In this document: piece after piece, positions 41,401-50,992 of the stretch | Position numbering within the stretch: the first letter of the stretch is position 1 | Layout: every line of letters begins with the position of its first letter | Virus record (IMG/VR): IMGVR_UViG_2563366895_000001 | Coordinates: 27,011-91,010 of that record | DNA length: 64,000 bases | From: a virus | Taxonomy: Duplodnaviria; Heunggongvirae; Uroviricota; Caudoviricetes | Direction: 5' to 3' (one strand) | Made by a program: the position numbers and the translations under genes | Notes under the pieces: generated by a model | Told to the model about the DNA's origin: nothing | Databases searched by the model: none | What the model saw: the letters and a program-made list of their open reading frames with translations, nothing else

Positions 41401-42765
41401 ACTGGCAATGCTGCAACTGCAACAAAACTGCAAACAGCACGCACAATAGGCGGAGTGTCATTCGATGGTAGTGCCAATATCGACCTGCCGGGCGTGAATA
41501 AAGCAGGTAATCAGAGCACTACCGGTAATGCCGCAACCGCAACGAAACTTCAGACGGCCCGCACAATCGGCGGCGTGTCATTCGATGGCTCCGCCAATAT
41601 CAACCTGCCGGGTGTAAACATTGCTGGTAACCAGAACACGACCGGTAATGCAGCTACGGCTACCAAATTGCAAACAGCGCGTACCATTAATGGGGTTTCA
41701 TTTGACGGTTCTGCGAATATTTCACTGTCACCAGCAAATATTGGTTGCCCGGCATCTCCTACTGGTTGGTTAACAACAGGTAATAACGGTGAGTCAATAA
41801 CGACAGCCCAGTTAGTTACTTTGTTGCAAAATAACGGGGCATTCAATACGAAAGCATGGATCGCTCGTTGTGCATGGGCGTATGCGAATAGTGCATCCAT
41901 ACCAGACAGTGAAACTGGTTGTGGCATTATTCCACTGGCGGGTGCTGTGATAGAAGTATTCAGCAATAATACCAACAATTACACCATTCGAATAACAACG
42001 GCCACTACGACAAATGTCTCTGGTGCACTCACTAATGCGGAGTTTATCTATGTGTCTAATGGCTCAAGTTATTCACCTGGATGGCGCAGAGCGTATAACA
42101 CTAAAAATAAACCTACTACTGCTGACCTTGGCCTGAGCGATGCAAGTGGATACGTTGGACGCCTTGTAAACACTCGAATTTTCACTTCATCAGGTACGTA
42201 CACCCCGACACCAGGAACTAAACGAATCAGGGTCACAATTACGGGCGGCGGTGGCGGAGGGGGTGGCTGCCAGGCTACATCCAATAACGAAACGTTTTTC
42301 GGTGCAGGCGGTGGGGCCGGCGGGACAGTAATTGTCACGCTGACCCTGACGAAGGATAGTTATCCTGTCACTATCGGCGCAGGTGGGGGCGGCGGTGTTG
42401 GTGCGACGAACGGCCTCAAGGGCGGTGATAGCTCGTTCGGAACGGTAATAGCCCCTGGCGGTGAAGGCGGCGGGAAAGTAGGAGTCACAAACACGAACGG
42501 TGGTAATGGAGGCGCGCCGAATACTGGTGATGTCCGCATTATTGGTGGGCATGGAGGAGACGGTCAGTCCGGAAATATCAGCGTCAGTGGTGAAGGGGGA
42601 TCATCGTTCTGGGGGGGCGGTGGTCGCGCAGGCGCTGGCGGTGGCGTTATCGGTCGGGCATATGGTTCGGGCGGCGGTGGTGCATACGATGCCGGTTATA
42701 GCGGAACCAGTATGACGGGCGGGAAAGGCGCTGCAGGGATTTGTATTATCGAGGAGTTTGCATAA
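38461..42765 (+). CDS. S: Tail fibre protein with tandem fibre repeats and Gly-rich C-terminal domain
   Basis: Start taken at ATG 38461 after AAGGA (listed ORF begins upstream in the same frame); three ~60-aa repeats (TGTPTAPTAAQSTNSTQIANTAFV...); at least seven ~32-aa repeats (GNQNTTGNAATATKLQTARTIGGVSFDGSANI.LPGVN); poly-Gly-rich C-terminus. Confidence 0.8.
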   Translation: MNDVTVVTSVTYPSPESLALVADVQYHEPYLSAALNRKFRGIVDPGFYAGFFPKPGGGMNLLITSVDGDKTAGAASVNIGEFYQVTIQQRKDISLALSAGKKYAIVLKGRYLLGEDTYQVNTASHIHAAEFVARTYTDSYQLGDGELLVCTVNIPAGVSAITQEMIDVSDRIDLTIGIEISDSVTSTRSDVAASSLAVKKTYDLAKSKYTAQDASTTQKGLVQLSSATNSDSETMAATPKAVKSVKELADTKAPIESPELTGTPTAPTAAQSTNSTQIANTAFVKAAITALINGAPGALDTLKEIAAAINNDPNFSTTINNALALKAPLASPALTGIPTAPTAAQGTNNTQIATTAYVRAAISALVGSSPEALDTLNELAAALGNDPNFATTMTNALAGKQPLDATLTALAGLTTGANKLPYFTGTDTVSQTDLTSVGRDILAKTSTLAVIQYLGLREIGTSGEKIPLLSTANTWSARQTFNGGITGALTGNADTATKLKTARTIGGVAFDGTANINLPGVNVAGNQNTSGNAATATKLQTARTINGVSFDGSKNIELTPRSIGTINSTTMSFIGGAGWFKLATVTMPQASSVVYISLIGSSGYNVNSPMQAGISELVLRAGNGNPKGLTGALWRRTSVGFTNFAWVNTSGDTYDVYVEIGNYATGVNIQWDYTSNASVTIHTSPNYTVDKPTGLTDGTVYVIYSSHIKPTATDVGALPITGGNLNGGLTATGEIISKSANGLRIAYGNYGFFIRNDGSNTYFMLTDSGNSLGTYNSLRPLIINNANGTVTIGNGLNVTGGINGSLNGNASTATKLQKARNINGVQFDGSADISIPTITSRGRVTALTGTTQGDAAGLQMYEAYNNGYPTAYGNILHLKGATSRGEGELLIGWSATSGAHAPILIRSRRDNTDAAWSEWAQVYTSKDSIPGVNTTGNQNTTGNAASATKLQTARTIGGVSFNGTANIDLPGVNKTGNQSTTGNAATATKLQTARTIGGVSFDGSANIDLPGVNKAGNQSTTGNAATATKLQTARTIGGVSFDGSANINLPGVNIAGNQNTTGNAATATKLQTARTINGVSFDGSANISLSPANIGCPASPTGWLTTGNNGESITTAQLVTLLQNNGAFNTKAWIARCAWAYANSASIPDSETGCGIIPLAGAVIEVFSNNTNNYTIRITTATTTNVSGALTNAEFIYVSNGSSYSPGWRRAYNTKNKPTTADLGLSDASGYVGRLVNTRIFTSSGTYTPTPGTKRIRVTITGGGGGGGGCQATSNNETFFGAGGGAGGTVIVTLTLTKDSYPVTIGAGGGGGVGATNGLKGGDSSFGTVIAPGGEGGGKVGVTNTNGGNGGAPNTGDVRIIGGHGGDGQSGNISVSGEGGSSFWGGGGRAGAGGGVIGRAYGSGGGGAYDAGYSGTSMTGGKGAAGICIIEEFA
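41245..41725 (+). repeat. Four tandem 96-bp coding repeats inside the tail fibre gene
   Basis: Four consecutive 32-aa units of the GNQ.TTGNAA.ATKLQTARTIGGVSF.G.ANI.LPGVN type. Confidence 0.6.
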
Positions 42766-43175
42766 TGAATACATCATATGCAGTTATTGAAAATGGGATG
42801 GTTGTGAATGTCATTGTCTGGGATGGCGAGGCTGAATTCACAGTGCCGGATAATCAGCAGCTCATTAATATTTCTGATATCAGTGAGCAGCCCGGAATCG
42901 GCTGGGTGTATTCAGACGGGGGATTTACTGCACCACCCACTCCGGAACGTTCTCATGATGAACTGGTAGCTGACGCTGAACAGAAAAAACAGTCGCTGAT
43001 TGATACCGCAATGGCTTCCATTAGTCTTATTCAACTGAAATTACAGGCCGGGCGGAATCTTACGCAGGCTGAAACCACCCGTCTTAACGCTGTGTTGGAT
43101 TATATCAATGCGGTGACCGCAACGGATACCAGCACTGCACCAGATGTCAATTTTCCAGCGTTCCCGGAGGCGTAG
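42765..43175 (+). CDS. U: Tail fibre assembly chaperone (Tfa, P1 U-like)
   Basis: ATG overlaps the fibre stop (TAATG) after GAGGAG; 136 aa; typical Tfa size and position. Confidence 0.55.
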   Translation: MNTSYAVIENGMVVNVIVWDGEAEFTVPDNQQLINISDISEQPGIGWVYSDGGFTAPPTPERSHDELVADAEQKKQSLIDTAMASISLIQLKLQAGRNLTQAETTRLNAVLDYINAVTATDTSTAPDVNFPAFPEA

Positions 43176-43214
43176 CCCATTTAAAAAAATATTTGGAGCG
43201 CTGGAAGTAACGAC

Positions 43215-43467
43215 TGGTTCCAGTGCATCCTGATAAGATGATTACTGTTCATGCTTCAAGAGCGAGCGCATACTGCATCCAAGCCAATCTAACTTTCATT
43301 CGACCAGAGTGTCACCTCTCAAAAGCATTTTTTAACTCTGGTCGTTCAGCCTTTTTGCCGCTCGCCTTGTCCTCAAAAATTAGCTCACATCCTGCGCTTT
43401 CAAGAGCATTTCGTTGTAAAGCAGTGTTTTGTTCATTTGTTGATACGCGTACATAGCCTATTAGCAT
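43215..43467 (-). pseudogene. cin: Truncated, decayed cin-like serine invertase gene
   Basis: Minus-strand hand translation from ATG 43467: MLIGYVRVSTNEQNTALQRNALESAGCELIFEDKASGKKAERPELKNAFER then stop; downstream in other frames GDTLVE and KLDWLGCSMRSLLKHEQ; matches the Cin/Hin/Gin N-terminus; the rest of the gene is absent. Confidence 0.6.
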
Positions 43468-43594
43468 ATTTTCTGCTCACTATCGTTATTTATAGCAAGC
43501 TGCGGATTTTAATTAACAAAAACCAGTGTGTGTGGAAATCACAAAGTACATACCGTTTCCCAATGAGATTTAATTCACTATTGAGGAAATAGTT

Positions 43595-43876
43595 ATGTTT
43601 GATTTCACAATAATGCTCCTCTCCATCCTTGGCGGGGTGCATTCGTTTCTGAATGGGGTTCGTGAAAAACGTTACGAAGCGTCATGCAGGCAATTGATGG
43701 CCGAGTGTATTGCTGCCGTACTTGCAGGCTTTATAGGCATGTATTTCGCGGAATATAAGGGTATGGATGAAAGTCTTCAGAATTGCGTGACTATTATTTG
43801 CAGCATCAATAACAGGCTCATTCTTGAAAAGTCACAAAGGATTATCGATTCGTACCTCAATAGAAATGCCTCTTAA
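43595..43876 (+). CDS. lydC: LydA-like holin paralogue (P1 lydC position)
   Basis: 93 aa, visibly homologous to the downstream LydA-like ORF (LLSILGGVHSFLNGVRE vs LLSVIGGIGTFLMDVRD). Confidence 0.45.
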   Translation: MFDFTIMLLSILGGVHSFLNGVREKRYEASCRQLMAECIAAVLAGFIGMYFAEYKGMDESLQNCVTIICSINNRLILEKSQRIIDSYLNRNAS

Positions 43877-43943
43877 GCAAGAAATGACCGGTTGAGAAGT
43901 TACTTTGCATACCATTACCTCCTGACAACGTAGGAGGGAACTT

Positions 43944-44273
43944 GTGCTTGACACACAGGAATTAGCTCCAGTTGCTATTGCGCTCCTGCTTTCAGTAATT
44001 GGTGGGATAGGCACGTTCCTGATGGATGTCCGAGACGGTCGCCAGTCTGGCAATTTGTTGGGATTGGTTACGGAGATCTTTGTTGCAGTGACAGCTGGCG
44101 CGGTGGCGTACCTATTGGGGCAACACGAGGGCTGGGAGTTATCAATTACGTACTTAATGGTAACGATAGCCAGCAATAACGGTCATGAGGTGATTTCAGG
44201 GATGAAACGAGTGAATATCGATAGCATTCTGAATGTTCTTACAAGTTTGGTGAAAAAGGGAGGCGGGAAATGA
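43944..44273 (+). CDS. lydA: Holin (P1 LydA-like)
   Basis: 109 aa, hydrophobic segments, first gene of the darA-type operon. Confidence 0.5.
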   Translation: MLDTQELAPVAIALLLSVIGGIGTFLMDVRDGRQSGNLLGLVTEIFVAVTAGAVAYLLGQHEGWELSITYLMVTIASNNGHEVISGMKRVNIDSILNVLTSLVKKGGGK

Positions 44274-44713
44274 TTGGCTGGGGTGTATGCGTTCTTGCGT
44301 TAGCCTTAGCCGATCGCTATTTGCTAAAACGCAAGGACATCACGCATTTAGAACTTGGTTATGTGGAAATTAAACCGGGTTTCATCCGGGTGCCGTTCAA
44401 GTACCGGTCTAAATTCCCGTTTTTGCGCGGCGCAACGGTCAGATATTGGATCCGCGATGTTCAGAAGCCGACGACTGTGATTGAAGGCGAACAACGTTGT
44501 CTGACGTCGGCTGAACAGGGCGAAAACAGTGAATGGTTGTACATACCCACTGAATATATGGGTAAAGGAGAGCGACTGTGGCATTTCAACGTCATGGTTA
44601 CGCATGGCGACTCGTTCATTAACCCGTTGTATCGGATTTTCCCTGTTACTCAGCAAATCCGCAGAAGTTACGTAATAAATCTCGCACAGGATGTGTCAGA
44701 TGACGAAAAATAA
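44270..44713 (+). CDS. lydB: Antiholin-like protein (P1 LydB position)
   Basis: 147 aa, ATGA-type overlap with lydA. Confidence 0.4.
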   Translation: MIGWGVCVLALALADRYLLKRKDITHLELGYVEIKPGFIRVPFKYRSKFPFLRGATVRYWIRDVQKPTTVIEGEQRCLTSAEQGENSEWLYIPTEYMGKGERLWHFNVMVTHGDSFINPLYRIFPVTQQIRRSYVINLAQDVSDDEK

Positions 44714-45302
44714 GTATGCAACGGTCGATTTTGACCTGGTTAATGAAAAGGGGCTGAAATCCCTTATCGCGGCGATCAATAAAACCGGTGTTACGGTAAT
44801 TGAGGTTGACTCCAGCAACCGCGCAACAACGAAAGATGGCGTTAAAGTTAAAACCGCAAAGCTGGTTCTTAACGACGGACAAATTCTTGCCATACAGGTA
44901 AACGATACTGGCGATATATCGTCTGTGAAACTGAATGGAAAAGCTATTCCTAACGCTCAGTCGCCGGATATCAAGACGCTTGGTACCGTCATGGGACAGG
45001 CGGCCCGCAAAAACTCCGCAAAATTCCAGAAATCACTGATCGCCAAAGCGAAGCGTGTTGCCAATCCGGTAGACAAGAAACCGGCAGTTAAATCCAACTT
45101 TCAGCGCCTGCAAGAAGCAAAACAGCGGAATGCTCAGGTGGTTGCCGCTTATAAGTCCGCGCAGAATTCGGTGTCTTTCAATCAACAGCAGATCACTGAT
45201 TTGCGGGCGAAGCTGGATAAGGAGACGGGCCGACTCAATAACGAAAAGGCACGGAATGTCGAACTCAAACGTCGTCTTAAGCAACTGAAAGCAGGAAATT
45301 AA
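44691..45302 (+). CDS. Hypothetical basic protein (P1 hdf position)
   Basis: 203 aa, Lys-rich, coiled-coil-like C-terminus. Confidence 0.35.
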   Translation: MCQMTKNKYATVDFDLVNEKGLKSLIAAINKTGVTVIEVDSSNRATTKDGVKVKTAKLVLNDGQILAIQVNDTGDISSVKLNGKAIPNAQSPDIKTLGTVMGQAARKNSAKFQKSLIAKAKRVANPVDKKPAVKSNFQRLQEAKQRNAQVVAAYKSAQNSVSFNQQQITDLRAKLDKETGRLNNEKARNVELKRRLKQLKAGN

Positions 45303-45303
45303 C

Positions 45304-47223
45304 ATGGAACAGTTCAATATCAATAAAGGGGTGACGATCAAGCCCGGGCTTGACGTGCTTCCCCCGCCAGTGACTGATGATGAATATCGCGCATTAATGT
45401 CCGGTGAGGACCGCTATCTGATGACGGAATCCAACACCCTGGAGGAAATCGAGGCTACGTTCTTCTATGACACGCCGATCCACTGGTGTGCTACGGATTT
45501 ACTGGAGGCGATTAGTTCTACTCGTTTGCAGTTACACCGGACCATGCAGGCATTTGTCCGGGCATTGAACCAGAAGCTGAATGGCACCGGAATCTCTGCG
45601 GGGAGTGATAAAACGGGGGATGTGGCCCAGAGCGGCGCGCGCGCGATCGGCGGTGCTGAAATTGGCCGGGCACGGAACGTTAACGGGCTGCCGGTCCTGC
45701 CAGCCATTATTCCGCTCAGTGATGGTCAGACTATCAGCATTCTGTTTCATAGCCCGACAGCGGAAAACCGGATCACCAATAGCGATACGCTGGTTGCTTT
45801 CCAGTTCTTACTGAATAAAAAAGACGTTACTCACACCGTTGCTCCGATGAGTGGACGTGATATGACGCTGGCGCAGGTCACCATGAAACTTGCCAACCTT
45901 GCAGAGAAAAACTCGGCAAAATTCCAGCGTGCGCAGAAGAAGAAAAAAGCCCTGGTTGATGAAATAACCCAACTACAGGCTGACAGTGACCAGAAAGAGG
46001 ATGCCATGAGCGACCTCGCGGATCAGGAGGCAGTGGTAGAAGGGCAGAAGGCAGATCTGGAGCAGAAAATTAACGCGGTCGCCTCGGAAGCGGATTCTCT
46101 TTATGAAGAGAATGAGCGTTTGCAGGCGGAGATTGATCAGCTCAATCGCACAGGTGGGCGCGATACCATTGCTCCAGTGGCAATAACTGGTGGGCACTCT
46201 CGCGCGCTGACGGATCGCCTTGCCAGTATCAAAAATCGTATGCATATGAACGGGGAAGTGACGCTCAGTAATGGTGCATCAATGAAGCAATTCATTGAGG
46301 ACGGTGAAGGGTATATCCAGTTAACCGATTCGGATGGCAGCGTGTACATGATCAAGGCTAAATCCATACAGGGTGTGGATATGGCAGATGCGATCGGCAA
46401 GCTGTTTAAAGCCTATAAAGCGGGTAATGTATCGGAATACCTGGTCCAACCAGAAGAACATAAACCGGAAAACGTCGAACCTGAACCAGCGGAGGATACC
46501 GGTAGCTCTTCGCCTGAACCAGAAGTCTCTATAGGTGCATATCGATATGCCCTGCAAATGCGTCCGGCGGCCCCTGGCGCAATACCTGAAGGTAACAAAG
46601 CAATTCTGCCGCGCCCTTATGAAGGTGACCCGTATTATGAATATGCACGCTACGGCATTGCTACTTACGATACCCCGCTTTCTGATCAGCAAATGAGTGA
46701 GTACGACCTGAAGTTATTGCCTCGCGAGGATTCTTTCGACTTCCTGGCGAAGACACTTACTAATGGTCCATTTGGCAAATATGCACAAAAAGCTCTGGAG
46801 CTGGCCACCAGCTCACCAGAAGAGTTCCGCGTAATGCTGAAAACTCAGTTTCAAAAAACTTTCCCCAATATTGCGTTTCCGGGGGGCGCTGGCACCGAGA
46901 AAATGGTGCAGAGCATGATCAATGCATTGCAGGCCGAAGTCGGTGAGATTACTCAACCAGAACCGGTCCCGGCACAGCCTGATGAAACGGTTAGCGAAGC
47001 AGATGCAGAGGCTAATAAAGCCATTGAATATCTCAATAGCGTGATGGATATGCAAAGCACTGACATGGCGGAGATCCGTAACGCCCGGGGTAATGTCCGG
47101 GAAGCGATTGCAGCCCTTCAGGCTGCCGGGCGTTTTGAGGAAAACGAAGAGCTGGTTAATGGCGCAGCTCGCCACCTGGCTGATCTGCTGGTAGCAATCC
47201 AGAAAGCGGGGGTAGCGGCATGA
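45304..47223 (+). CDS. darA: DarA-like antirestriction virion protein (639 aa)
   Basis: Position after lydA-lydB-hdf and length agree with P1 DarA; no direct motif evidence. Confidence 0.5.
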   Translation: MEQFNINKGVTIKPGLDVLPPPVTDDEYRALMSGEDRYLMTESNTLEEIEATFFYDTPIHWCATDLLEAISSTRLQLHRTMQAFVRALNQKLNGTGISAGSDKTGDVAQSGARAIGGAEIGRARNVNGLPVLPAIIPLSDGQTISILFHSPTAENRITNSDTLVAFQFLLNKKDVTHTVAPMSGRDMTLAQVTMKLANLAEKNSAKFQRAQKKKKALVDEITQLQADSDQKEDAMSDLADQEAVVEGQKADLEQKINAVASEADSLYEENERLQAEIDQLNRTGGRDTIAPVAITGGHSRALTDRLASIKNRMHMNGEVTLSNGASMKQFIEDGEGYIQLTDSDGSVYMIKAKSIQGVDMADAIGKLFKAYKAGNVSEYLVQPEEHKPENVEPEPAEDTGSSSPEPEVSIGAYRYALQMRPAAPGAIPEGNKAILPRPYEGDPYYEYARYGIATYDTPLSDQQMSEYDLKLLPREDSFDFLAKTLTNGPFGKYAQKALELATSSPEEFRVMLKTQFQKTFPNIAFPGGAGTEKMVQSMINALQAEVGEITQPEPVPAQPDETVSEADAEANKAIEYLNSVMDMQSTDMAEIRNARGNVREAIAALQAAGRFEENEELVNGAARHLADLLVAIQKAGVAA

Positions 47224-47585
47224 CACTATCAGCGATTGAGTTAATGGACCTCAGCGATAAGTTGGATGCTCTGATGTCCAAAGCGGCTACCGCGAGTGGC
47301 ATGGAGTTGCTGGATATCAGCGATGAAATTGACCAGATCATGCAACAGATGGGGTACGGCGCGTCTAGCGGCGGTAGTGGCGAAGAAAAACAACCTTCGG
47401 AACATGATGGTGTGCCAAAACTGGTTGCTGAATTCCTGGCTGATAAATTCGTCGATCAGAGCACTGATGCATTTATCGGTACGTTACAGGACTTGAGTCA
47501 ATATGTTGGCACATACATCGACCTGGACCAGGTTAAACAGCACACGGCGGCATGGATAGCCGCCAACATTAAAGAGGCAGCATAA
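47220..47585 (+). CDS. ddrA: DdrA-like small acidic protein
   Basis: 121 aa, ATGA-type overlap with darA. Confidence 0.4.
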   Translation: MTLSAIELMDLSDKLDALMSKAATASGMELLDISDEIDQIMQQMGYGASSGGSGEEKQPSEHDGVPKLVAEFLADKFVDQSTDAFIGTLQDLSQYVGTYIDLDQVKQHTAAWIAANIKEAA

Positions 47586-47597
47586 GGCGTAACAGGG

Positions 47598-50585
47598 ATG
47601 AGCTTAAGCGATCAGGTGGTAATGGCCACCAGCATAGAAACGCTGATCGAGCTGCTAAAAAACCTGCCCGATTTCGGGCGGGTTTCGTATGTGGTGACAG
47701 CGAAGGGAGACGAGGTAAAAACAGCGTTTGATATCGTCGATGCCTCAGCTCTTTTGGTATCCAATACTCTGGACGGGAAAATTAATCCGGACTATCCCCA
47801 GGAACTTCAGCCGCGCGACCGGACCCGCGCATCCAACCTTCTTCAGGTTAACCAGATATCCAAGGATTTGCGGCCTGCTCAGCTTACCGATTCCGGTTTA
47901 TCCAGCCATGGAGCGCCGATAATTGGTGAGGACAATGCCGTTGAGTCAGGTAATGGACGGACCATGGGGATCATCAAAGCCTATCAGGACGGCAATGCGG
48001 ATCGGTATCGTGAGTACCTGATTGATCATGCGACCGAATTCGGCATACGACCTGAAAAGGTTGAATCAATGGCGGCTCCGGTACTGGTGCGCCGCCGGTT
48101 AACTAAGGTTGACCGCGTTCAGTTTGCCAAGGACTCAAATATTTCTGATCTTCAGGAAATGGCAGCCAGTGAAAAGGCTTTTGTTGATGCCGACAGCATA
48201 ACTCCGGCGATGATGGCGCTGTTTAACCCATCAGAAAGCGGAGATCTGCTTAGCCGCAGTAATGACGCGTTTATCCGCGGATTCATGACGCAAGTTGGTG
48301 CCACACAGGCTGCTGGCCTTGTAACGGAAGATGGGCGACCAACACGGCAACTTGTAGACCGTATACAAAACGCGATCTTTGCCAAGGCATATAAGGATGC
48401 GCGCCTGGTAAGGATGGTTGCAGAAGAACCTGATCCGGATATGCGTAATGTTCTGACGGCGCTTAATGCGGCAGCCAATGATTTTGTCCAGATGCAGGCT
48501 TTATCAGGAGAAGCGCACAAGCAGGCTGTGACAACTATCGTTGATGGCATTGAAACAGCGGATAGCCTCGATAAAAAGGCGCTGGCGGCATTGAAAGATG
48601 CGGTAGACCTGGTAAGGCAATCGAAGGAGTCAGGCCAACATATTACCGATGTTATTGCTCAGGGGGATATGTTCAGCGAAACAGCCCCGGAAGTGAAAGC
48701 TCTCGCGTTGTTCATCGTCGCGAATAACCGTAGCGCGAAGCGTATGGCCACCGCCTTTAAGTTGATGGCGCAACGTATCAATGATGAGTTACAGCACCAG
48801 GGCCAGGCGCTCGGGGATATGTTTGGCGGCGGCGATGTGTCGTTACAGGATATCCTTCGCCAGGTGTCTCAGGAACTGGAAAACGAAGGCATGCAAGGGA
48901 TATCCGGCGGTCTTTTCGAGTCCGTTTCCGGCGGTAGTTACAACGGTGTTGCTCCGTATACCAGTTTGCTATTACATCGGGCATCCGGCATCAAAGACAT
49001 TATTCATCTGATCAGGCTGCTTTCCCGCACAGATCCCCAGGATGAACAGCTTGTACAAGTGCTTGCGCATTTTGTTCGAATGCCTGTTGCCGACGTGAAA
49101 AAATGGTGCCGATTATTCGGTATCAGCAATTCGTTACTTCGCGGCTTGTTAAATCACGCATCCTCCCTTGGGCGCGATGGCTTTGATGAGATAGCGCAGG
49201 CGATAAAAAACGGAGATATGCCACCAGCTATTGACTGGTTTTCCATTCGCCCAACCAGGGTGAAAGCATTCCTTAGCGCGGCGCATACGGCATCACCATT
49301 GGCAGAAATGGTTCAGAGGTTGTCGCTCATATTCACAGATCATACCGCGTTGGGAGATCTGACTCTTGACGGGATGAAAGAAGCCTCCAGTCAGTGGGCC
49401 GATCAACAAAATGAGGTTAACTCTGACTTCTTGCCAGCATTCAGGAAGGCCGTTAGTAAAGCGGATGATGCCCGTGGAATTCTGAAGGCATTTAAGGCAT
49501 TGCAAAGTCGGGTTAATAAACATGTCGGTGATATCGATGGGGTAACGGCGGAAGGCAGGGATATCCTTAAAGAGCACGGCATAACGCCAGAGTTTATTGA
49601 TGAGATCAGGACTGATATGCAGCGTGAGGTCGTATCGTCCCTGCAAATCGTAGCCAGAGCGTTGGCGGATGCTAATCCGAAGAGTGCGGCCATTGTTAAC
49701 CGGGTTATTGGTGATATTGAAGCATCGGAGGGCATGGGGGCGCTGAAACTCTTCCTTTCGCGAGCGTTTAATCCTAACGGCAATATTCTCCCTGGCATTA
49801 TTGGTGAGGCTAAAAAGTATGTCAGTGAAGAAGAACTTGAGCAGCTTGACCAACTACTTAAGCGATTCTCATATAACCCGCAGACACGCTGGCAAATGAA
49901 TCAGCGAAGTATGGATTCGGTCCACGAGAAAGTGTTATCTGTCATGAACAGTGCGATCGTCAACTCATCCGTATCTGAAGAAAAAGCTCTTGAGTGGGCC
50001 GACTCTTTTATCACGGAAGAAGTGGAAGAAGCCCGCGCTGGACAGAATGGTGGGATAAACTTGCGCAAGGAACTTGCTGATATTTATCGCCTGACCGGCG
50101 GGAAAATATCGACCTTATCAAAGGTGGTTCACCACCAGGGAAGGGCATATGCAAATCTAAATGGTGTTGTTGCTGTCAATTTGAACGGTGAAAATGCGAG
50201 CGCACTGTGGCACGAGCTGGGTCATCATCTTGAGTACAGTAACCCTGGTTTGTTAGAGAAAGCCCGGTCATTCCTGAAGGCCAATGTTGAAGGGGATAAG
50301 CCATCTTTCGTCAATATCGGTGGGCGTGGCAAGCCCGAATGGTGCTTCAGATCTCGATTGAGTAATATTTATATGGCGAAGGTATACCCGCCAGCCTCAG
50401 TAAGTAACACCGGGAAAATTCGGCAGAAATCACCGACTATTTCCAAAACGTCAGCAACGGAAGTATTCTCTATGGCTCTTCAGTTGTATCATGACAAAGA
50501 GGCCGCTGCCGCATCACTGATGAATGGTGACGGATTGCTGGAACTGTTATTAGGTGTGGCAAAGGAGCTAAATAATGCAGATTAA
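47598..50585 (+). CDS. ddrB: DdrB-like large protein (995 aa)
   Basis: Position and size as in the P1 darA operon. Confidence 0.45.
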   Translation: MSLSDQVVMATSIETLIELLKNLPDFGRVSYVVTAKGDEVKTAFDIVDASALLVSNTLDGKINPDYPQELQPRDRTRASNLLQVNQISKDLRPAQLTDSGLSSHGAPIIGEDNAVESGNGRTMGIIKAYQDGNADRYREYLIDHATEFGIRPEKVESMAAPVLVRRRLTKVDRVQFAKDSNISDLQEMAASEKAFVDADSITPAMMALFNPSESGDLLSRSNDAFIRGFMTQVGATQAAGLVTEDGRPTRQLVDRIQNAIFAKAYKDARLVRMVAEEPDPDMRNVLTALNAAANDFVQMQALSGEAHKQAVTTIVDGIETADSLDKKALAALKDAVDLVRQSKESGQHITDVIAQGDMFSETAPEVKALALFIVANNRSAKRMATAFKLMAQRINDELQHQGQALGDMFGGGDVSLQDILRQVSQELENEGMQGISGGLFESVSGGSYNGVAPYTSLLLHRASGIKDIIHLIRLLSRTDPQDEQLVQVLAHFVRMPVADVKKWCRLFGISNSLLRGLLNHASSLGRDGFDEIAQAIKNGDMPPAIDWFSIRPTRVKAFLSAAHTASPLAEMVQRLSLIFTDHTALGDLTLDGMKEASSQWADQQNEVNSDFLPAFRKAVSKADDARGILKAFKALQSRVNKHVGDIDGVTAEGRDILKEHGITPEFIDEIRTDMQREVVSSLQIVARALADANPKSAAIVNRVIGDIEASEGMGALKLFLSRAFNPNGNILPGIIGEAKKYVSEEELEQLDQLLKRFSYNPQTRWQMNQRSMDSVHEKVLSVMNSAIVNSSVSEEKALEWADSFITEEVEEARAGQNGGINLRKELADIYRLTGGKISTLSKVVHHQGRAYANLNGVVAVNLNGENASALWHELGHHLEYSNPGLLEKARSFLKANVEGDKPSFVNIGGRGKPEWCFRSRLSNIYMAKVYPPASVSNTGKIRQKSPTISKTSATEVFSMALQLYHDKEAAAASLMNGDGLLELLLGVAKELNNAD

Positions 50586-50880
50586 AATCGCAGCGCCATT
50601 AGGCGGAGATGCCATTATCGAATTTGATGATAATGAAGAAGTTTCCGGGCGTTTAAGCATTATCTCCGGTGACATTACCGAGGACATGATCGCTGAAGCC
50701 ATAGCAGGGGCAAATCCCAATAGCTATATGGGATTCGTTAACACCCTTGATGCTCCCGCAAGTGATGTTCTCCGAACGCTGCATCTTTACGCTGGCTGGT
50801 TTGTTGATTGGCCAGCAGTAGATGGTGGCGATGATGACGACGATGATTTTGGTGATCATGTAGACCAGATCGTATATTAA
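50575..50880 (+). CDS. Hypothetical acidic protein ending in a poly-Asp stretch
   Basis: 101-aa ORF overlapping the ddrB stop; GGDDDDDDFGD near C-terminus. Confidence 0.35.
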   Translation: MQIKIAAPLGGDAIIEFDDNEEVSGRLSIISGDITEDMIAEAIAGANPNSYMGFVNTLDAPASDVLRTLHLYAGWFVDWPAVDGGDDDDDDFGDHVDQIVY

Positions 50881-50992
50881 CTCCCTGATTGTGCACAAAT
50901 AATCTGTTCTGATATGTTAATTGTGTACTTAAAGTAAACGCGTAGTGGCTTGCTTTAGGTTATGGAAGCAAGCCATTTCCTATTAAAGTAGA

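Noticed and set aside
41700-41800. Possible cix-like crossover site at the constant/variable junction of the tail fibre
   Set aside because: Only a weak partial palindrome (TTGGTTAACAA) was seen and I cannot recall the cix consensus well enough to call it.
38884-42552. Minus-strand ORFs inside the tail fibre gene
   Set aside because: Antisense to repeat-rich coding sequence; Ala/Gly-rich artefacts.
43223-43456. 77-codon plus-strand ORF between the chaperone and holin genes
   Set aside because: It lies antisense to the invertase remnant, which has clear family similarity on the other strand.
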